Assembly (NCBI GenBank): GCA_949297275.1
Contig: CASFQR010000007.1
Location: forward strand, 2,627 to 66,626
Source: an uncultured bacterium
GTDB lineage: Bacteria > Bacillota_I > Bacilli_A > RFN20 > CAG-826
DNA length: 64,000 nt
Reading direction: 5' to 3'
Under the pieces are notes generated by a model, which ran no database searches, had not been told where the DNA came from, and saw only the letters and a list, made by a program, of their open reading frames with translations. Both the position numbers and the translations under genes were made by a program. Each line of letters starts with the position of its first letter. Within the stretch, counting starts at the first letter, position 1. Below, piece by piece: positions 20,089 through 31,145 of the stretch.

Positions 20089-21789
20089 TTATTTGATGCG
20101 CGAACCATCTTCTTCAAAGACGAAGAATTTTTTCGGAGTAAAGCGTAAAACTTTTTGTCCGACAACATCTTTGCTTAATTCACTAGGAATGATGATTTTA
20201 ACATGATGTTTTTGATCTTTAATTTTGCCAACGATGGTAATGTCGCGACCGATATGTTCCACAAAATCAACTTCGATAAAGATTTTGCCGTTTTGCGGAT
20301 CATAGGCAAAAGCTTCAGGACGCACTGCCACATTAACTTTACGATCATAAACATCTTTTTCATGCGTTTCGATACGCTTAATTGGGTCATCAGCAGGAGT
20401 TTTACCAGGATAGACCACTTCTTCTTTGGTAATTTGTTTAAAGGGATTTTGATAAATCTTATCGTTATCAAAGACGCCTTCATGAACATATAATTTACCT
20501 TTAACGATATTACCATCAAAAACATTAATGGCTGGTGAACCTAAGAATTTTGCAACAAATAAATTAGCGGGTTCATCATAAACATTTTGTGGTTTATCAA
20601 TTTGCTGAATGACGCCTTCTTTCATGACGACAATGGTATCAGAAATGGACATGGCTTCTTCTTGGTCATGGGTAACGAAGACGGTCGTAATCCCTGTTTC
20701 GCGTTGAATACGCTTAATTTCTTCACGAGTTTGTAAACGTAAACGAGCATCAAGGTTTGATAAAGGTTCATCTAAAAGTAAAACTTTCGGGCGTTTTGCT
20801 AAGGCGCGAGCAATCGCGACACGTTGTTGTTGACCACCAGATAATTCTTTAGGTTTACGGTCAAGATAAGGTTCAATGTCAACAATGCGAGCCATTTCAT
20901 GTGCGATGGCATTTTTATCTTGCTTAGTTAAGCGAGTACGCGTCGAAGAAAATTTACCTTTTAATCCTTCAATTTTTTCTTTTAAATCTGCTAAATCAGC
21001 CTTTTTTGTTTCTAAATCCGCTTTAACCTGTTCTAAAGAAGGGTCTTCGTTTGTTTCTAATTTAGCAATTTGTTGTTCGCTATTAGCAATCGCGTGTAAC
21101 GCTGCTTTATATTCTTTTTCTAATTGGACATATTCAGCGTAATTAGCTTTGGCTAAATTTAGAGCGCTTTCAGCTTTCGCTAAATCATTAGCGAGTTTTT
21201 CTAAACGATTGTTGAGTTCAACCAAACGATCGTTATTGACACTAATAGCCTTTTCAAATTGCGCTTTCTTTTCTTTAAGAACTTCAATTTCGACTTCGCT
21301 ATGATTATTCGCAACTAATTTATCAATATTAACATCAACTTTCGCACTTTCTTTTTCAAATTTAGCAATTTGCTTTTGAATATTTTTAAGATCGCGACTG
21401 GTGCTTCTAATATCACGCTTAATATCAAAAACACGATTCTTTTCCGCGCCATAAGGACCAGGTAAACGCACATTATCTAAAGGGAAAATAATGTTCTGAC
21501 GAACAGATAGATGTGGATAAAGAGCGTAGTTTTGGAAAACTAAACCAATCCCACGATTTTCAGGTGGGACATTGGTGACATCTTGGTCACCGAACCAGAT
21601 TTGACCACTGGTGGGTTTATGTAAACCAGCAATCATATAAAGAGTTGTTGATTTACCGCAACCACTAGGACCAAGTAAGCCGACTAATTTACCATCAGGA
21701 ATCGTAAAAGTCATTTGGCTAACAGCCGTCGTTTCCGCGCCTTTACGGCCAACGAAGGTCTTGGTAAGATTTTCAATTCTTACTTCCAT
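20089..21789 (-). CDS. CUT1 ABC ATPase (MalK/UgpC-like) with a ~175-aa coiled-coil insertion
   Basis: GPSGCGKST, VFQNYALYPHL, LSGGQQQR, LLLDEPLSNLD, VTHDQEEA. Heptad-rich insert at about aa 109-285. AGGAGG RBS. Confidence 0.92.
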   Translation of the reverse strand: MEVRIENLTKTFVGRKGAETTAVSQMTFTIPDGKLVGLLGPSGCGKSTTLYMIAGLHKPTSGQIWFGDQDVTNVPPENRGIGLVFQNYALYPHLSVRQNIIFPLDNVRLPGPYGAEKNRVFDIKRDIRSTSRDLKNIQKQIAKFEKESAKVDVNIDKLVANNHSEVEIEVLKEKKAQFEKAISVNNDRLVELNNRLEKLANDLAKAESALNLAKANYAEYVQLEKEYKAALHAIANSEQQIAKLETNEDPSLEQVKADLETKKADLADLKEKIEGLKGKFSSTRTRLTKQDKNAIAHEMARIVDIEPYLDRKPKELSGGQQQRVAIARALAKRPKVLLLDEPLSNLDARLRLQTREEIKRIQRETGITTVFVTHDQEEAMSISDTIVVMKEGVIQQIDKPQNVYDEPANLFVAKFLGSPAINVFDGNIVKGKLYVHEGVFDNDKIYQNPFKQITKEEVVYPGKTPADDPIKRIETHEKDVYDRKVNVAVRPEAFAYDPQNGKIFIEVDFVEHIGRDITIVGKIKDQKHHVKIIIPSELSKDVVGQKVLRFTPKKFFVFEEDGSRIK

Positions 21790-21985
21790 GTATTTTGTAC
21801 CTCCTAGGAAATTTGCATTGTTTATGCATGTACATTTCTAAAGAAATAATAACACAAACATTGATGAATAAACAATAAGATTTAATATGATTAAAACACA
21901 AGTTTTTTACTTGATAAAATATTAAGGTTTTGCAATATAATAATCAGAAAATTTTGAAAAAATATCCTCTTTTTGCACATCAAAA

Positions 21986-23293
21986 TTATTCATCATTTTT
22001 GGTTAAAGAAGAATTTTTATCCTCATTTTGCGGGTCTAAGATCTGCAAATCGCCACTATTTTCCTTAATTAATTTATCGACAGCATCTTGATTGACAATT
22101 TTATCCCCTATTTGAATAATATTTTGATTGACGAGTGGCTTCTTCTTATAGGCAGCAATCTTCCTTGCTAATTCACTTTCAATATCTTCTTCTTGATTCA
22201 AATTATCAAACCACACAGATTTTTTCGTATCAATCACATAAGTTAAGGCAATATAATCGTGGAGAGTTTTATGTTTTTTATTAAAGATTGTAATTATAAA
22301 TAAAACAAAACAACCAGCTAAAAGGGTAGCTAGATAAGACAAAATATAATTAATATTAAATTGGGCGGAGAAAATAGGAATAACGAAAAAGAAAACGCAA
22401 ATTTCAAAAATAAAGACTAATTGTCTTAAGAATATCTGCAATTTAGAAACTTGAAATTCTTTTTCATTTATTAACCCTAGCGATAACATTTTTTTACATA
22501 AAGTTTCGCCATTTTTAAATAAAAGTGGAACCATAAAATAATAAATTAATAAACAGATGAAAAAAGGAGGTAGATAAACCGCCATCGTCGCATTCATAAT
22601 CGCCTGATAATATTCTTGATAATAAGGGGAATAATACATATCCGCATTCGCCTCATAAATTGCTTGTTTAAAGAAATTGATAGCGTTTAATGCATTAACA
22701 TCATTATCTTCTTTTAATTCAATTATTTGACTATTCTCACTATTTAAAACAAATAAAGATTCTGGATTATCAAGATCAACAATGTTATTTAAATACCATT
22801 CAAATGTGTAATATTCACTTGGTAAAATTTCACTACCATCCGCCAAAATAAGCGGTTCATTATAATTAGGAGCCCTTAAAAGATTTAAATCAAAATTCTC
22901 GCTCGGCGCGATTAAATTTAAGCCGGTTTTATATGATAAATAATAATAACGAACATACTTTTCATAATCTTGAAAAGTAGGATTATCAATGACACCTTCA
23001 ATATCTTGGACTGAAATAATATTTGAGGAATAATCTAAATTGATTTTGCCTAAATCGTTCACTTCAAGGATGCGTGAGACACCATTATTATCCGTTTCAA
23101 CATAAACATATAAATGCGAAAAGACATTCATTTGGACAACGCTATTAATATTATTTTCTAAATTCATGGTTGCATCCATCAAGGGATTAAAGGCAAAGAC
23201 TACTAAAACTAAATAACTAAAAATAAATAATAAGACATCTAAGATGGACGCTAAAACGCGCTTAGCTAAATTACCAACAACAATATTTTTCAT
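21986..23293 (-). CDS. RDD-family membrane protein with a large extracytoplasmic loop
   Basis: KRVLASILD, GETLCKKML, FLRQ, KTLHDYIALTYVID. Confidence 0.75.
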   Translation of the reverse strand: MKNIVVGNLAKRVLASILDVLLFIFSYLVLVVFAFNPLMDATMNLENNINSVVQMNVFSHLYVYVETDNNGVSRILEVNDLGKINLDYSSNIISVQDIEGVIDNPTFQDYEKYVRYYYLSYKTGLNLIAPSENFDLNLLRAPNYNEPLILADGSEILPSEYYTFEWYLNNIVDLDNPESLFVLNSENSQIIELKEDNDVNALNAINFFKQAIYEANADMYYSPYYQEYYQAIMNATMAVYLPPFFICLLIYYFMVPLLFKNGETLCKKMLSLGLINEKEFQVSKLQIFLRQLVFIFEICVFFFVIPIFSAQFNINYILSYLATLLAGCFVLFIITIFNKKHKTLHDYIALTYVIDTKKSVWFDNLNQEEDIESELARKIAAYKKKPLVNQNIIQIGDKIVNQDAVDKLIKENSGDLQILDPQNEDKNSSLTKNDE

Positions 23294-24456
23294 TTTTTAT
23301 ATTGTTTCCGATCATAACTTAGAGGTACTTCGCCAAATTTCTTTAAATCTGGTTCAATATTTTCTTCTTTTGATAATTCAATTTCTTCTTCAATTGGATC
23401 TTTATAAATACACGAATTCTTCGCATCGATCACAATTGTAAAAGATAAATAATCATGCAAGGCTGAATGTTTAGGGGAAGCCATGGTGAAAACCCAAGAA
23501 ATTAATAATGGAACAATTAAAATCATCACATTGAGATATAAATTGATGTTCGGCGTCACTAAAAAGACAAATAAGAATAATAAAATAGCAATAATTGGAC
23601 GAAAAATAACTCGGTATCTACTTAAAGCATAGCCATCACTGTTACATAAGCCTAATTTAAAAATAAGTTTACCAAGCGTTTGACCTTGTTTAAAAATTAA
23701 GGGGAATAAAAGATAAGTTATTAAGATAGCAATTAAGATTGGAATTAGTATTGAAATACCTTGCATAAAATTTAAATTTAAGCGCACAGGCAAATAAAAA
23801 CTTTGATAAGTTAAATTATCATAAGCTTCCATATAGCGATTGCCATAATAGACACATAAATCTAATTGAGAAATTGGTAAAACACTACTACTAGAAGCAT
23901 CGTAATGTTTCTCTTTAGCGACACCTATTTTAGTTTGATCATATTGGCCACTACTATCTTTTTGATAAGTAAAATATCCCGTGTCATTTACATCATCTGG
24001 ATCAATACCAATCCCTAAAATTGTTTTGTTATACCACGCGATTGTGTAATAATCTTTTGGGAAAACTTCCTCACCATCTTCGAGCACAATTACTTCATTA
24101 CAATTAGGTGCAGCCTCATTAATATCAATCCCTTCGCCCGTTAAATAACTTAAATAATAATAAGTTAAGGCATTTTCGTAGATATGATAATCAGGATTAT
24201 TTACATCGTGCTCATAATACATTGGAAAACCATCATCATCGCGATAAAAAAGGTGCGAGGAGATTTGATAATCATTTAATTGATTGATTTTTTGATTATT
24301 GCCTTCGCGAAAAGCAAAATAAAAAGCCCCATAATATAAACCCAGAGTTAAAGCAAAACATATGACAAAATCAACAATTGCCGCCATATAGCGGCTACCA
24401 AAAGTCGCTAGGAGGGTTCTACGAGGCAAAGTGTTTCTATCGCGAATCTTTGACAT
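23290..24456 (-). CDS. RDD-family membrane protein, paralog of the downstream gene
   Basis: SRYMAAIVD, GQTLGKLIFKL, IFRP, SALHDYLSFTIVID. 4-bp overlap with the next gene. Confidence 0.78.
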   Translation of the reverse strand: MSKIRDRNTLPRRTLLATFGSRYMAAIVDFVICFALTLGLYYGAFYFAFREGNNQKINQLNDYQISSHLFYRDDDGFPMYYEHDVNNPDYHIYENALTYYYLSYLTGEGIDINEAAPNCNEVIVLEDGEEVFPKDYYTIAWYNKTILGIGIDPDDVNDTGYFTYQKDSSGQYDQTKIGVAKEKHYDASSSSVLPISQLDLCVYYGNRYMEAYDNLTYQSFYLPVRLNLNFMQGISILIPILIAILITYLLFPLIFKQGQTLGKLIFKLGLCNSDGYALSRYRVIFRPIIAILLFLFVFLVTPNINLYLNVMILIVPLLISWVFTMASPKHSALHDYLSFTIVIDAKNSCIYKDPIEEEIELSKEENIEPDLKKFGEVPLSYDRKQYKK

Positions 24457-24515
24457 AAAAAAATTATCGTTTTATTAAAAATAAAAAGCAATAACAATTA
24501 ATGAAAACCTTCTAA

Positions 24516-25073
24516 TCACTGAATATTGTTTTCAATACTATTTAGATAATTTTCGATTTCTTCGACTTCCCAATCTAACGCTTGTCGAACACCTTCGACT
24601 TTTGCATCATAATCGTAGCTGCTATAACCAACAAAATAATAATGACCTTCATTTGATAAAAAGATTAGGCCCATCGTATTAAAGTCGCGAGAATTAAGAT
24701 CATTTTCACAAAGTGGTAAACCAAAATTAGCAATAAAATCTAATAAATACATCCGATTAAAAAGATTATCAGCGCTTTCTAGTTCAGCGTCACTACCACC
24801 ACTAGATAATGGTAATTTATATTCATATCCAATAGAGGGAAAACCATTTTCATCAAGAATATTCCAATCAATATAAGCAACATAGTTATTAACATTATCA
24901 GTGTACATATATGATTCACCGAAATAATGTATCTCATATCCCTTGGCAATAACTTCATTACAATAGTCAGTAATTAAGGTTCCAATATGCGTTGATTCAT
25001 AAACAGGGACATAAGGTCCACAAGAAGTTAATAGACTAACTAAGATAAGAAGTGGATATATAGTTTTTTTCAT
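24516..25073 (-). CDS. Hypothetical lipoprotein
   Basis: MKK...LLTSC lipobox, GAGG RBS. Confidence 0.7.
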   Translation of the reverse strand: MKKTIYPLLILVSLLTSCGPYVPVYESTHIGTLITDYCNEVIAKGYEIHYFGESYMYTDNVNNYVAYIDWNILDENGFPSIGYEYKLPLSSGGSDAELESADNLFNRMYLLDFIANFGLPLCENDLNSRDFNTMGLIFLSNEGHYYFVGYSSYDYDAKVEGVRQALDWEVEEIENYLNSIENNIQ

Positions 25074-25138
25074 AATTTTGTACCTCTAAATTTAAAATAA
25101 CATAAAAATAATAAAAAACAATTTTCGTTTAATTAATT

Positions 25139-25168
25139 AAAAAGCCCCTAACCATTAGGTTAGAGGCT
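25139..25168 (-). terminator. Terminator after tuf
   Basis: AGCCCCTAACC-atta-GGTTAGAGGCT with a T-run on the - strand. Confidence 0.7.
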
Positions 25169-25192
25169 AATAATCAATAAATATTAATTAAA

Positions 25193-26371
25193 TTATTTAA
25201 TGATGTCAGTAACGGTACCACTACCAACAGTACGACCACCTTCACGGATGGAGAATTTGGTACCTTTTTCAATCGCGACTGGGTGAATTAATTCAACGGT
25301 TAATTCAACATTATCGCCAGGCATAACCATCTTCACATCAGCAGGAAGAGTGATAACACCAGTAATATCGGTTGTACGGAAATAGAATTGAGGACGATAA
25401 TTGCTTAAGAAAGCTGTATGACGTCCGCCTTCTTCTTTCTTTAAGACGTAAACACTCGCGGTGAATTTGGTATGAGGAACGATCGAACCGGGTTTAGCTA
25501 AGACTTGACCACGGACAACTTGTTCACGGTTAATACCACGTAATAAGGCACCGATATTATCGCCTGGTTCAGCGTAGTCTAAGAGTTTACGGAACATTTC
25601 AATACCAGTGACAACGGTCTTTTGAGTTGGTTTAATACCAACAATTTCAACTTCGTCATTGAGTTTGAGAATACCACGTTCAACTCTACCAGTAACAACA
25701 GTGCCACGACCAGTGATTGTTAAAACATCTTCGATTGGGAGAAGGAATGGTTTGTCCTTATCATGAACTGGGAGTGGGAAATAGGTATCAAGAGCATTAA
25801 GTAATTCTTCGATACATTTGTCATCTTTACCTTCAAGGGCAAGACGCGCACTACCACGAACTACAGGTAAATCATCACCTGGGAAACCGAATTCAGAAAG
25901 AACACTACGAACATCCATTTCAACTAAATCAATGAGTTCTGGGTCATCAACTAAGTCGACTTTGTTTAAGAAGACAATGATGTAAGGAACACCAACTTGA
26001 CGAGCAAGAAGAATGTGTTCACGAGTTTGCGGCATGACACCATCGGTCGCAGCAACAACTAAGATTGCTCCGTCCATTTGGGCCGCACCAGTAATCATGT
26101 TTTTAACGTAGTCAGCGTGCCCTGGGCAGTCAACGTGCGCATAGTGACGATTTTCTGTTTCGTACTCAATATGAGCGGTATTGATGGTAATACCACGAGC
26201 CTTTTCTTCAGGAGCGGCATCAATTTCATCATAACCTTTTTTAGCCGCCATACCTTTATTAGCAAGGTAAGCAGTGATAGCAGCAGTTAAAGTTGTTTTA
26301 CCATGGTCAACGTGTCCAATGGTACCAACATTAAGATGTGGTTTGCTTCTATCAAATTTTTGTTTTGCCAT
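25193..26371 (-). CDS. tuf: Elongation factor Tu
   Basis: [32 protein letters not shown]. Confidence 0.99.
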   Translation of the reverse strand: MAKQKFDRSKPHLNVGTIGHVDHGKTTLTAAITAYLANKGMAAKKGYDEIDAAPEEKARGITINTAHIEYETENRHYAHVDCPGHADYVKNMITGAAQMDGAILVVAATDGVMPQTREHILLARQVGVPYIIVFLNKVDLVDDPELIDLVEMDVRSVLSEFGFPGDDLPVVRGSARLALEGKDDKCIEELLNALDTYFPLPVHDKDKPFLLPIEDVLTITGRGTVVTGRVERGILKLNDEVEIVGIKPTQKTVVTGIEMFRKLLDYAEPGDNIGALLRGINREQVVRGQVLAKPGSIVPHTKFTASVYVLKKEEGGRHTAFLSNYRPQFYFRTTDITGVITLPADVKMVMPGDNVELTVELIHPVAIEKGTKFSIREGGRTVGSGTVTDIIK

Positions 26372-26468
26372 TAGAATTTCCTCCTTTTTTGTTCTTAAAA
26401 TTCTGCGAATTCATAATATAGCAACGAATTTATAAAATCAACACAAAGTGTTAATTTAACCATAATGG

Positions 26469-28544
26469 TTATTGCTTCATCCCAGATTTTTTCACAATTT
26501 CATCTTGGACGAAGCGTGGACATTCACCATAGTGATCGAATTGCATTGTATAGTTGCCTCGACCTTGGGTGAAAGAACGTAAATCGGTAACATACCCAAA
26601 CATTTCCGCTAATGGGACTTCCGCATCAACGACTTTAGCGTTACCTCTTTGCGTTTCTCCAGTCATTTGTCCCCGACGGCGAGTAATATCTGAAATGACA
26701 TCGCCATAATATTGTTCAGGAACGGTGATTTCAACTTTCATAATTGGTTCTAAAATGACTGGGTTACATTTTTTAGCAGCTTCTTTAAGGGCTAAAGAAG
26801 CAGCAATTTTATAAGCGGCTTCACTACTATCGACATCGTGGCTAGAACCATCGAATAAAGTCGCTTTAAGATCGATGACAGGATAGCCAGCAATTAAGCC
26901 TCTTTGCATCGCATCGACTAAGCCATCTTGCGTTGGACGAATATATTCTTTTGGAACAGTACCACCTACAACCGCATCGATAAATTCAAAGCCTTTACCA
27001 GGGTTAGGTTCAAAGCGTAACCAAACATGACCATATTGACCACGACCACCACTTTGTTTGATGTATTTACCTTCGCATTCCGCGCTTTGACGAATCGTTT
27101 CGCGATAACCAACTTGCGGTGCTCCGACATTAACTTGCACACCAAATTCTCTTTTTAAACGGTCGACAATAATATCGAGATGGAGTTCACCAACCCCAGC
27201 AATAATAGTTTGACCAGTTTCTGGATTAGTGTGCACTTTAAATGTTGGATCTTCTTCCGCTAATTTAAGTAAAGCAATTGTCATCTTTTCTTGATCGGAT
27301 TTCGATTTAGGTTCAACCGCTTCTTCAATTACTGGTTCAGGGAATTCCATTCTCTCTAAGACTACCGGATTCTTTTCATCGCAAAGGGTATCGCCAGTAG
27401 TTGTATTTTTTAATCCAACAATCGCTCCAATATCACCAGCGTGCAAAGCATCAACTTCTTGACGGTGATTCGAGTGCATCAAGACGACACGCGCGATGCG
27501 CTCCTTAACTCCTTTGGTGGAATTTAAGACATAAGAACCACTCTTTAAGGTGCCACTATAAATACGGACATAAGCTAAGCGACCAATGAAAGGATCGGTA
27601 GCAATCTTAAAGGCTAGGGCCGCTAAAGGGGCGTTATCATCAGGTTTACAAATGACTTTGTTACCTTCATTATCTTCCCCTTCCGCACTAGGAATATCAA
27701 GCGGACTAGGTAAATAATCTATTACACCATCTAAAAGTAATTGAATACCTTTATTTTTATAAGCTGAGCCGCAGAAAACTGGGAAGAACTCACCAGTTAA
27801 AACGGCTTTACGAATCGTTGATTTAATCATCTCAATTGGCACTTCTTCACCTTCGAGCACCATGAGCATTAAATCATCATCAAAGGCAGCCAGAGCTTCA
27901 AGTAATTTCAAACGAAGTTCTTCGACTTTATCAACATATTCTTCAGGAATTTGTCCTTCTTTAGGGGCTTCAGTTTTATCATCGCTATAAAACCAAGCGC
28001 GGCGTTCAATTAAGTCGATAACCCCTTTTAAAGATGATTCGCGACCAATTGGATATTGCACAGCCGCCGCATTAGCCGCTAAACGTTCATGTAAAGAGTT
28101 AACGCACATGTCAAAGTCCGCCCCAATCGCATCCATCTTATTGACAAAGACAATGCGAGGAACACCATATTTGCTACCTTGACGCCAAACTGTTTCGGTT
28201 TGAGGTTCAACACCATTTTTACCATCTAAAACAGTCACCGCACCATCTAAAACACGTAAAGAACGTTCGACTTCGACTGTAAAGTCAACATGCCCAGGAG
28301 TGTCAATAATATTGATACGATTGCCTTTCCAAAAAGCAGTTGTCGCCGCCGAAGTAATGGTAATACCTCTTTCTTGTTCTTGTTCCATCCAGTCCATCGT
28401 CGCCGCTCCTTCATGAACTTCGCCGATTTTATGGATTTTACCAGTATAGAATAAGATACGTTCGGTTGTCGTTGTTTTACCAGCGTCAATATGGGCCATA
28501 ATACCAATATTACGCGTATGTTCTAAATCATATTCACGAGCCAT
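26469..28544 (-). CDS. fusA: Elongation factor G
   Basis: [31 protein letters not shown]. Confidence 0.99.
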   Translation of the reverse strand: MAREYDLEHTRNIGIMAHIDAGKTTTTERILFYTGKIHKIGEVHEGAATMDWMEQEQERGITITSAATTAFWKGNRINIIDTPGHVDFTVEVERSLRVLDGAVTVLDGKNGVEPQTETVWRQGSKYGVPRIVFVNKMDAIGADFDMCVNSLHERLAANAAAVQYPIGRESSLKGVIDLIERRAWFYSDDKTEAPKEGQIPEEYVDKVEELRLKLLEALAAFDDDLMLMVLEGEEVPIEMIKSTIRKAVLTGEFFPVFCGSAYKNKGIQLLLDGVIDYLPSPLDIPSAEGEDNEGNKVICKPDDNAPLAALAFKIATDPFIGRLAYVRIYSGTLKSGSYVLNSTKGVKERIARVVLMHSNHRQEVDALHAGDIGAIVGLKNTTTGDTLCDEKNPVVLERMEFPEPVIEEAVEPKSKSDQEKMTIALLKLAEEDPTFKVHTNPETGQTIIAGVGELHLDIIVDRLKREFGVQVNVGAPQVGYRETIRQSAECEGKYIKQSGGRGQYGHVWLRFEPNPGKGFEFIDAVVGGTVPKEYIRPTQDGLVDAMQRGLIAGYPVIDLKATLFDGSSHDVDSSEAAYKIAASLALKEAAKKCNPVILEPIMKVEITVPEQYYGDVISDITRRRGQMTGETQRGNAKVVDAEVPLAEMFGYVTDLRSFTQGRGNYTMQFDHYGECPRFVQDEIVKKSGMKQ

Positions 28545-28559
28545 GGTATTACTCCTTGA

Positions 28560-29030
28560 TTACCAACGATAATGCGCGTAAGCCTTGTTGGCTTCAGCCA
28601 TACGATGGGTTTCTTCTTTCTTCTTAATTGAGGCCCCAACACCATTAGCCGCATCAATAATTTCGTTAGCTAAACGAACTTCCATTGATTTTTCATTTCT
28701 TAAACGGGAATAATTGACTAACCATCTTAAGCCAAGAGTAATTTTTCTTTCTTTAGAAACTTCAATTGGGACTTGATAGTTAGCCGCTCCGATACGACGA
28801 ACCTTAAGTTCGAGTTCAGGCATAATGTTATTGATGGCAGTCGCAAAGACATCCATCGCTGGTTTACCAGTTTGTTTTTCAATTAATTTAAAAGCATTGT
28901 ATAGAATCGTTTCCGCTGTTCCTCTTTTACCATCAATCATCAAACGATTAATTAAACGAGTCACAAGTTTTGATGAATAAATTGGATCAGGTAAAACTTC
29001 TCTTTTGCTAATATAACCTTTACGTGGCAT
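28560..29030 (-). CDS. rpsG: 30S ribosomal protein S7
   Basis: MPRKG...[15 protein letters not shown], in the str operon. Confidence 0.99.
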   Translation of the reverse strand: MPRKGYISKREVLPDPIYSSKLVTRLINRLMIDGKRGTAETILYNAFKLIEKQTGKPAMDVFATAINNIMPELELKVRRIGAANYQVPIEVSKERKITLGLRWLVNYSRLRNEKSMEVRLANEIIDAANGVGASIKKKEETHRMAEANKAYAHYRW

Positions 29031-29047
29031 ATTTATCTTCTCCTTTC

Positions 29048-29467
29048 CTATTTATTCTCTTTAGGTTTCTTCGTTCCATATAATGAACGACCTTGACGAC
29101 GCGCATCAATTCCCGCGCAGTCAAGCGTACCTCTAACGATGTGATAACGCACACCAGGTAAGTCTTTAACACGGCCACCACGAATAATCACGGTTGAGTG
29201 CTCTTGTAGATTATGACCTTCCCCACCAATATAGGCAGTGACTTCATAACCATTTGATAAGCGCACACGAGCGTATTTTCTTAAAGCCGAGTTAGGTTTT
29301 TTTGGAGTCATGACACCAACACGAGTGCAGACACCTCTTTTTTGTGAACAATTTTGATTAGTTTCTTTGCTATGTAAAGAATTCCATCTTTTACCAAGCG
29401 CGGGTGCCTTCGTTTTCTTAACCGATTTTGAACGCCCTTCTTTAACTAATTGATTAATTGTCGGCAT
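29048..29467 (-). CDS. rpsL: 30S ribosomal protein S12
   Basis: [30 protein letters not shown], with the Firmicutes-type insertion. Confidence 0.99.
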   Translation of the reverse strand: MPTINQLVKEGRSKSVKKTKAPALGKRWNSLHSKETNQNCSQKRGVCTRVGVMTPKKPNSALRKYARVRLSNGYEVTAYIGGEGHNLQEHSTVIIRGGRVKDLPGVRYHIVRGTLDCAGIDARRQGRSLYGTKKPKENK

Positions 29468-29499
29468 TGAATTTTCCTCCTCAATATCATCGTGTTATT

Positions 29500-29570
29500 T
29501 GTACACATTCTCGGGTGTATCATCAACTTTCAAAAAAAATGATGATTTCCCTTTTATGGGCACATCGCGC
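29500..29570 (-). promoter_or_regulatory. Structured 5' leader of the rpsL operon (putative r-protein leader)
   Basis: Consecutive hairpins on the - strand: CCC-ataaaa-GGG, ATCATCA..TGATGAT, TACAC-ccgagaat-GTGTA, just upstream of the RBS. Confidence 0.4.
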
Positions 29571-29744
29571 TTAATTATATACTGATTGAGATATTTCGCA
29601 AGTGAAAAATATGATTTTTATAGTTAAATCTACGAATTAACTTAATTTAAGTATTATTAAAGCACAAAAACAAAATTTTAAATTAATCCAAAAAATCGCT
29701 TTTAAAACATTTAAAAATCTAAAATAGATATTTTAATATTTCAC

Positions 29745-30983
29745 TTAGTTTTGTAATTGAGAAGAATCAGTAAGTGGAAACGGGACAAAACTTTCTAAAT
29801 CACTAGGAAAAGCTAATTCAATAGCCGCAAAATCAAAGGTGAAGCTAGTATTAAAAATTATATCGGCGGTTGTGGTGTCTGTTATGGAGGTAGTAACTAC
29901 ATTTTCATCGCCACTAGAAGAACTAGAAGTAGAACTTAGCCCGACCCTCATATCAACATCAGTCGCAAGATAAGAAACATAGCCACTTTCATTGATAATA
30001 ATATCAAAATTAAAATTGTTGACGCCAAATAAATCACCCATGATTTCTTTAACGTCCTCGACAGTATAAGGTGGAACACTGGGATCGGAACTTGAAAGAA
30101 TAGAAGCCAAAAACTCGCAATATTCGTCTTCAGTTATATTAATATTAATCAAAGTATCTTCACCGTTGCTTTTACAAGTAAAGAATTCTTTTAATAGTGG
30201 CGATGTGGTGAATGCATCATTAAAACTCTGGATTAATTCTTCAGAAGTTGGCAGCGAAGCAATAACATCACTAACCACAGGTAAAGGCGAGGAAGTAGAA
30301 TTATTTAAAGAACTTAAATCAAAGACAATTTTTTCTCCCATTTGCTCTAACATTGAAGCAATTTGTTCAACTTGATTTTCATCCCCATGAGAAAAAAGAG
30401 GAATAATTTCTAAGACTTGATCATAAATGTCACTCCCAGTGACATCAAGATATAAATCAGTTCCTTGTAAATAGGCATCAATACTATCAAAATTAATTTC
30501 AAACGCGACACTATTATTATCATCAGCCTTAGCGGCGAAATTAAAATCAGTATTACTAATATTGGCAACCGCCTTAAAAGCTTGATCAACTGTTTTAGTC
30601 GCGTCCATATTAATCGCTAAACCAATATCACTAGTTAAAGAAATTTTTGAATTAAGAGTACTACTACTTTCTAATTCACCGTCGACAAATGTTTGACTTG
30701 TTGTTGTCTTATCAATTTTCACATCAGTTAAATCTGCATTAATTTTTAAGCTTTCAGCGTTTAAAGTATTTTCGTAGGCTAAAGCAAAAACTTTTAAACC
30801 GTCTTCTAAGGTAATGTCTTGACTAAAATCATTGATATCAGGCACCGATGTCGAGATATCATCGTTACTAGTTGTGCTAGAATCCATTTCACTACCACTA
30901 CTAGACGAAGAAGTTGTTACTTTGCAAGCATCTAAAGTAAAAAGCAATGCGATTGAGCCAATTAAAGGTAATATTTTTTTCAT
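29745..30983 (-). CDS. Acidic lipoprotein with Ser-rich linker
   Basis: MKK...LDAC lipobox, poly-Ser after the Cys, AGGAG RBS. Confidence 0.75.
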   Translation of the reverse strand: MKKILPLIGSIALLFTLDACKVTTSSSSSGSEMDSSTTSNDDISTSVPDINDFSQDITLEDGLKVFALAYENTLNAESLKINADLTDVKIDKTTTSQTFVDGELESSSTLNSKISLTSDIGLAINMDATKTVDQAFKAVANISNTDFNFAAKADDNNSVAFEINFDSIDAYLQGTDLYLDVTGSDIYDQVLEIIPLFSHGDENQVEQIASMLEQMGEKIVFDLSSLNNSTSSPLPVVSDVIASLPTSEELIQSFNDAFTTSPLLKEFFTCKSNGEDTLININITEDEYCEFLASILSSSDPSVPPYTVEDVKEIMGDLFGVNNFNFDIIINESGYVSYLATDVDMRVGLSSTSSSSSGDENVVTTSITDTTTADIIFNTSFTFDFAAIELAFPSDLESFVPFPLTDSSQLQN

Positions 30984-31145
30984 TTTATTTTTCTCCTTGA
31001 TTTTTGTTTTTTTAATTGTATCGATATAAAAAAATTATGCAATAAAATTAAAAGACAGGTGGAGTAAAAATGATATGGATTTTTAACTAAACACTAAGAA
31101 TAAATCTTGTTAATAAATGCATCAGTTATGGTTGATATAATTGTT

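Noticed and set aside
21790..21985. Purine or other riboswitch upstream of the nuclease-ABC operon
   Set aside because: Only a weak hairpin; no recognisable aptamer core.
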